A stretch of DNA of 64,000 bases, from contig DATKDT010000073.1 of assembly GCA_035512575.1 (NCBI GenBank), positions 1,519 through 65,518 on the forward strand, in the 5' to 3' direction. Position numbers and translations under genes: made by a program. The notes under the pieces are model-generated. The model did no database searches. It was not told where the DNA came from and saw only the letters and a program-made list of their open reading frames with translations. Source of the stretch: Vicinamibacterales bacterium. GTDB lineage: Bacteria; Acidobacteriota; Vicinamibacteria; Vicinamibacterales; SCN-69-37. This document shows positions 59,898 to 64,000 of this stretch, piece by piece. The first letter of the stretch is position 1; every line of letters begins with the position of its first letter.

Positions 59898-60287
59898 CTA
59901 GGTGACGACGATGAGGATGATGATCAGCAGGGCGATGATGATCAGCCACACCGACAGCGTGAGCGTCTGGCCGCCGGCCAGCGCGTCGTTCACCTGCTGC
60001 GCCTGCGCGGCAGCCTGCGCGAGCTCGACGCCGTCGAGCGTCTGCACCGCGGCGATCGCCTTGTCGAGCGGGAGGCCGGTGCTCTTCGCCACCTGCCGCA
60101 CCTCGTCACGCTGCAACACATCGGCGATCATCTGCCGATTGGCCTGCTTCTTCGCGGCATGCTCGGCCGCGATCACCGACAGGTTCTGCGGGTCGGCTGC
60201 CTGAGCCGCCTGGCCAGCGAAGGCCGCCGAGGGGGCCAGCATCACCGCGAGAAGAATCATCACGACTGAGAAACGGACTTTGTGCAT
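59898..60287 (-). CDS. hypothetical secreted protein with C-terminal hydrophobic anchor
   Basis: Signal peptide (VVMILLAVMLAPSAAFAG), an Ala/Gln-rich helical middle, and C-terminal LSVWLIIIALLIIILIVVT. Confidence 0.5.
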   Translation of the reverse strand: MHKVRFSVVMILLAVMLAPSAAFAGQAAQAADPQNLSVIAAEHAAKKQANRQMIADVLQRDEVRQVAKSTGLPLDKAIAAVQTLDGVELAQAAAQAQQVNDALAGGQTLTLSVWLIIIALLIIILIVVT

Positions 60288-60363
60288 CTACTGCCTCCAG
60301 GTAAGGTCCGCGGTCAGGGGACCGCGCCAGCTGGGCCGAACTGCACAACCCGTGCCCATATGC

Positions 60364-61719
60364 CTACGGCTCAGCCGGTCCCCATGAGCCGGCTGCGTAT
60401 TTAAGAGGATGCGGCGGCGCTTCGAGCAGTGGCTGGAAGAGATCCCAGGATCGCTCGACCCAGTCCGCGCGGACGAAAAGTGTCTGATCTCCCTGCATGA
60501 CGTCGCGCAGGAGCGTTTCATACGCATCGGCCAGTGGCCCGAACGCGTCGGCATATTTGAAGTCGAGATGCTCGGGGCGGACGCGGATGTGTTCGCCGGG
60601 CTCTTTCACGCCGAACGCCAGCGCGAAGCCCTCACTGGGCTGGATGAAAATCGTCAGCCGATCGGGCGCGATGTCGCATCCGGGAATGCCGCTGAACAGT
60701 CGCACCGGCGCGGGCCGGAACTGCACCACGATGCGCGTCGAGCGCTGGCGCAGGCGTTTGCCCGTGCTCAGGACGAACGGCACGCCGTGCCAGCGCCAGT
60801 TGTCGATGCGCGCCGTGATCGCCGCGAACGTGGCGGTCGCCGATGCCGCGTCGACGCCGGGCTCACCGGTGTAGTCCTCGTACTGGCCGAGCACCGCGGC
60901 GTCCGGGCTGATCTGCTGCATGGACTGCAGCACCTTCAGCTTCTCGTCGCGCACCGCGTCGGCATCGAACGTGGCCGGCGGCTCCATCGCGACGTGACAG
61001 AGCAGCTGCATGACGTGGTTCTGCAGCATGTCGCGCACCGCGCCGGCCTGCTCGTAGTAGCCCGCGCGCGTGCCGACGCCTTCCGCTTCGGCGACCGAGA
61101 TGTCGACGCGCTCGATCCGATCGCGGTTCCACTGCGTCTCGAAAATCGGATTCGCGAAACGGAACACCATCAGGTTCCGCACCGTTTCCTTCCCGAGGTA
61201 GTGATCGATGCGGTAGATCTGCTGCTCGTCGAAGTGACGGTGGAGCAGGGCATTGAGCGCACGCGCCGATTCCAGGTCGCGGCCGAACGGTTTTTCGACG
61301 ACCACGCGCGTGAAGCCGGCGCTGCGGTTGAGCCCGGCGGCGCCCAGCGCCTCGATGGTGGGCGCGAACGCCTGCGGCGGCAGCGCGAGATAGAAGATGC
61401 GGTTGCCCGGCAGGCCGTGCTGCCGTTCGAGCTCCGTGATGTCGGCGGCAATGCGCGCGAAATCCGGGGGCGCGCCCTCGCCGATGGGCTGATACTGGAT
61501 CTGCCCCTCATCGAGGCCGGGCAGGGCGTCCGTCGCAATCGCGCGGAACGCCGCGTCGTCGGGATGCGGGTCGCGCGCCACGCCCAGCACCACGAAGGGC
61601 CGCGGCAGCTCGCCGCGCGCGTCGAGGGCGCCGAGCGCCGGCAGCAGCTTCCGGCGGGTCAGGTCGCCGGTCGCGCCGATGATCACCAGCAGCACGGGCG
61701 GCGTCGCGGCGGCCGTCAC
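60364..61719 (-). CDS. zwf: glucose-6-phosphate 1-dehydrogenase
   Basis: GTG start at 61719 (GTGA overlap with gnd). GATGDLTRRKLLPAL and RIDHYLGKE motifs. Confidence 0.9.
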   Translation of the reverse strand: MTAAATPPVLLVIIGATGDLTRRKLLPALGALDARGELPRPFVVLGVARDPHPDDAAFRAIATDALPGLDEGQIQYQPIGEGAPPDFARIAADITELERQHGLPGNRIFYLALPPQAFAPTIEALGAAGLNRSAGFTRVVVEKPFGRDLESARALNALLHRHFDEQQIYRIDHYLGKETVRNLMVFRFANPIFETQWNRDRIERVDISVAEAEGVGTRAGYYEQAGAVRDMLQNHVMQLLCHVAMEPPATFDADAVRDEKLKVLQSMQQISPDAAVLGQYEDYTGEPGVDAASATATFAAITARIDNWRWHGVPFVLSTGKRLRQRSTRIVVQFRPAPVRLFSGIPGCDIAPDRLTIFIQPSEGFALAFGVKEPGEHIRVRPEHLDFKYADAFGPLADAYETLLRDVMQGDQTLFVRADWVERSWDLFQPLLEAPPHPLKYAAGSWGPAEP

Positions 61720-62624
61720 GTGTCCTTCCGGACGGCGTGGCCGCCGAATTCGGCGCGCAGGGCGGCAAGCATGCGGTACCCGAAGCTCTCGCGGTCGCGC
61801 GACTCGAGCCGCGCGATCAGCGCATGCGTGATCACCGGCGCCGCCACGTCGAGATCGATGGCTTCCTTGACGGTGCCGCGCCCGAATCCCGAGTCGTCCA
61901 CCCACGGCGCGATGTCGCCGAGGTCGGCGTCTTTCGCGAGCGCGCGCGCCGACAGGTCGAGCAGCCACGATCGCACGACGCTGCCGTGCTGCCAGATGCC
62001 CGCGATCTGCGCCAGGTCGAGCTGCATCGGCTCTTTCGCTTTCATGATCGCGAAGCCCTCGGCGTACGCCTGCATCAATCCGTACTCGATGCCGTTGTGG
62101 ATCATCTTCACGAAGTGGCCCGCGCCGGACGGGCCGACGTGCCCCCAGCCGCGATCGGGCGCAGGCGCCAGGGCCTGCGCGATCGGCGTGAGGCGCCCGA
62201 CGACGTCGGGGGCGCCGCCCAGCATCAGCGAGTATCCGCCATCGCGGCCCCACACGCCGCCGCTGACGCCGGCGTCGACGTAGCCCAGCCCGAGCGCCGC
62301 GAGCGCGCCTGCGCGCCGCATGCTGTCGCCGTACGCCGAGTTGCCGCCGTCGATCAGGAGATCGCCAGGCGAGAGTATCGGGACGAGCGCATCGATCGTC
62401 GCGTCGACGGCCGCGCCGGCCGGCACCATCATCCACACCGCGCGCGTCGGGGCCAGCGCCGCCGCGAGTGCCTCGAGCGACGCGGCCGGCTCGATGCCGT
62501 CGGCCTCCGCCGCCGCACGCGCGTCAGCCGCGCGATCGTGGCCGACGACGCGATGCCCGTGCGCGACCAGCCGCGCGGCCATGTTCGCGCCCATCCGTCC
62601 GAGTCCAATCATGCCGATGTCCAT
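61716..62624 (-). CDS. gnd: 6-phosphogluconate dehydrogenase, decarboxylating (short ~300-aa type)
   Basis: MDIGMIGLGRMGANMA (Rossmann), GAGHFVKMIHNGIEYG. Confidence 0.9.
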   Translation of the reverse strand: MDIGMIGLGRMGANMAARLVAHGHRVVGHDRAADARAAAEADGIEPAASLEALAAALAPTRAVWMMVPAGAAVDATIDALVPILSPGDLLIDGGNSAYGDSMRRAGALAALGLGYVDAGVSGGVWGRDGGYSLMLGGAPDVVGRLTPIAQALAPAPDRGWGHVGPSGAGHFVKMIHNGIEYGLMQAYAEGFAIMKAKEPMQLDLAQIAGIWQHGSVVRSWLLDLSARALAKDADLGDIAPWVDDSGFGRGTVKEAIDLDVAAPVITHALIARLESRDRESFGYRMLAALRAEFGGHAVRKDT

Positions 62625-62703
62625 GCTGCTCCTTGCGGCCGCCTCTTGTCAGGCCCGGCCATCATCCCTATGCTGGCACGCAGTTCGAACCGCGGCTCCC
62701 AAG

Positions 62704-62895
62704 ATGCCACACAAGACAACGTCGCGACTACGCGAACTTCTCGCACAACTCCAGCGTGCCCAGCACGAATCGGGCGGCCTCGCCGAGCAGGCGAGGCAGG
62801 AGCTTGCCGGCGCGATGAGCGGCGGCGAGCTCAGACCGGCCGGGACGACCGGAGCCAGGCCACGCAAGAAAAAGGCCGGAAAGAAAAAGCGATAG
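62704..62895 (+). CDS. small hypothetical protein with helical N-terminus and Lys/Arg-rich tail
   Basis: In-frame ATG at 62704 within ORF 62320-62895. It reads MPHKTTSRLRELLAQLQRAQHES...RPRKKKAGKKKR. It lies in a region that is otherwise intergenic. Confidence 0.3.
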   Translation: MPHKTTSRLRELLAQLQRAQHESGGLAEQARQELAGAMSGGELRPAGTTGARPRKKKAGKKKR

Positions 62896-62896
62896 G

Positions 62897-63399
62897 CTAT
62901 TTCGTCAGACTCCGGATCAGCCCCAGCACCATGTCGATGGCCACCGCGCGCATCGTCCCCGCTCGGTCGTGTCGCGCTCCAGCCGCCGGATGAACCTGAT
63001 GTCATCGTCGGCATCCACGAAAATCCTGATGTCCATCAGCTCGCGCAGGCGCTTGTCGGCGAACACCAGAATGCCTTCCACGATGAGTGCCGTCCGCGGC
63101 TCGAAGCGCTCCGTGGCGGCCGCGCGCGCGTGGCGCGTGAAGTCGTAGACGGGCGCGTCTATCGCGGCGCCCGCTTTCAGCGCCTCGACATGGCGCACCA
63201 TGACGCCGGTTTCGAGCGAGTCGGGATGGTCGTAGTTGAGCGCGGCGCGCTCTTCCAGCCGCAGCTCCGGATGATCGCGATAGTAGCGGTCGTGATCGAG
63301 CACGGTGACGTGCTCGCCGCCCAGCGACTCGACAATGCGCCGGACGACGGTGGTCTTGCCCGAGCCCGAGCCGCCGGCGAGTCCGATGACGAGAGGCAT
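62897..63399 (-). pseudogene. udk: uridine kinase with internal deletion/frameshift
   Basis: MPLVIGLAGGSGSGKTT...NYDHPDSLE...IVEGIL...RFIRRLERDTTERGR then runs into CARWPSTWCWG-stop. The expected C-terminal helix (RAVAIDMVLGLIRSLTK-stop) is readable in another frame. About 38 residues of the Udk core between the two parts are missing. Confidence 0.6.
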
Positions 63400-63475
63400 C
63401 GCCCGCAATTCTAGCTGGCGTGGAGCGAAACGATGTGCGCCGTGCGGGCTCGCACAGCGAAGGCAGCCCGGCCGG

Positions 63476-63646
63476 CTAGAACAGTTTCGCGGCGGCCCAG
63501 AGCACGGCCCAGATCGCCAGCGCCAGCGGCGCACCGATGGCCAGGATGACGAACGGCACCGCGAGGACGGTCAGGACGAGCCCTGCATCGGCCACGCGCG
63601 CGAACACGCCGGGGCGCGGAATGCGCGCCACCTGGACGTACGCCAT
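63476..63646 (-). CDS. small hypothetical membrane protein
   Basis: Internal ATG at 63646 of ORF 63476-63760 (MAYVQVARIP...LVLTVLAVPFVILAIGAPLALAIWAVLWAAAKLF). Hydrophobic. Overlaps the stop of the upstream small ORF. Confidence 0.35.
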   Translation of the reverse strand: MAYVQVARIPRPGVFARVADAGLVLTVLAVPFVILAIGAPLALAIWAVLWAAAKLF

Positions 63647-63840
63647 CAGTCGCGATCGCGATCGGAGAAGCGGCGCGGGTCGATTTCGCCGTGGTACGGC
63701 GCTTTGCCGGTGCGGTGCAGCAGCTGGCCGATCGTGCCGGTGGGCTGCGCGTTGCGCCACGTGAAAAAGATGAGGGCAAGGCCGCCGGCGGCAAGCGCGG
63801 CGCTGAAAACCATGGTGGTCAGAGAGACATCGGTCAGCAT
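63646..63840 (-). CDS. small hypothetical single-TM protein
   Basis: MLTDVSLTTMVFSAALAAGGLALIFFTW, followed by a charged tail. Confidence 0.35.
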   Translation of the reverse strand: MLTDVSLTTMVFSAALAAGGLALIFFTWRNAQPTGTIGQLLHRTGKAPYHGEIDPRRFSDRDRD

Positions 63841-63854
63841 CGAAACCCTTTGTG

Positions 63855-63941
63855 TGGTGCGGAAGAGAGGACTCGAACCTCCACCCGGTTGCCCGGACTA
63901 GCTCCTGAGGCTAGCGCGTCTGCCAATTCCGCCACTTCCGC
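63855..63941 (-). tRNA. tRNA-Leu (anticodon CAG), long variable arm, CCA encoded
   Basis: The reverse complement is GCGGAAGTGGCGGAATTGGCAGACGCGCTAGCCTCAGGAGCTAGTCCGGGCAACCGGGTGGAGGTTCGAGTCCTCTCTTCCGCACCA. Acceptor stem GCGGAAG/CTTCCGC, anticodon loop CTCAGGA, and T-loop GGTTCGAGTCC. Confidence 0.9.
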
Positions 63942-64000
63942 ACAGAAGGGACGATCGCTCGGGGCAGAAGCCAACAGTATACACTTGATCCGTGGCACTG

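Noticed and set aside
47451-62283. Long plus-strand ORFs across the heme operon and zwf/gnd (47451-48782, 48998-50413, 51123-53144, 52723-53952, 54863-56587, 60409-62283, 61737-62993)
   Set aside because: Off-frame high-GC artefacts opposite well-supported hem, two-component and pentose-phosphate genes.
62674-62688. Sigma-54 promoter-like TGGCAC-N5-TCGA upstream of the small ORF at 62704
   Set aside because: The -12 element lacks the conserved GC (TCGA instead of TTGC). The -24 half-site alone is expected by chance in GC-rich DNA.

Overview
High-GC bacterial chromosomal segment. G+C is roughly 70% in a few hand-counted lines. Gene content suggests Acidobacteriota: three tandem Ser/Thr kinases with TolB-like or TPR sensor regions, and a TonB receptor with a CarboxypepD_reg-type N-terminus. 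This assignment is inference only.

Most of the window is housekeeping:
- metG-tatD-ispB-like, ligA, htrA, an NtrC-type regulator and RNase P RNA.
- A conserved block: ugd-galE-ABC exporter-yicC-gmk-rpoZ-coaBC-udg-priA.
- zwf-gnd, dut and tRNA-Leu(CAG).

Two larger functional loci stand out:
- A leftward exopolysaccharide-type operon (22947-31199): four GT4 genes, one GT2, a polyprenyl-phosphate sugar transferase and UDP-glucuronate decarboxylase.
- A leftward, translationally coupled heme operon (47547-57192): hemA-hemC(D)-hemB-hemL-[histidine kinase + response regulator]-hemE-hemN-hemY.

The accessory part is a small chromosomal integron (41718-45139):
- It has a frameshifted intI with the IntI-specific patch.
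- It has two well-formed attC sites, and its cassettes have lower GC than the flanks.
- One cassette carries two genes: a possible PD-(D/E)xK protein and a two-TM protein with no family I recognise. This is the best candidate for a new system, possibly phage defence.

The window also carries several unusual repeat classes:
- An AT-rich palindromic element directly abutting the start codons of metG and ligA.
- A perfect 78-bp palindrome inserted in frame in coaBC.
- A terminator hairpin sequence duplicated inside priA.
- 3 x 7-bp tandem heptamers inserted in frame in ligA, udg and priA.
- Two inverted copies of an ~85-nt hairpin element with compensatory stem changes inside the EPS operon.

Other points of note are a ferrochelatase 3' remnant and an internally deleted udk. 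No CRISPR array, rRNA gene or transposase gene was seen.

All calls rest on reading the sequence and the ORF track by eye. No database search was run.
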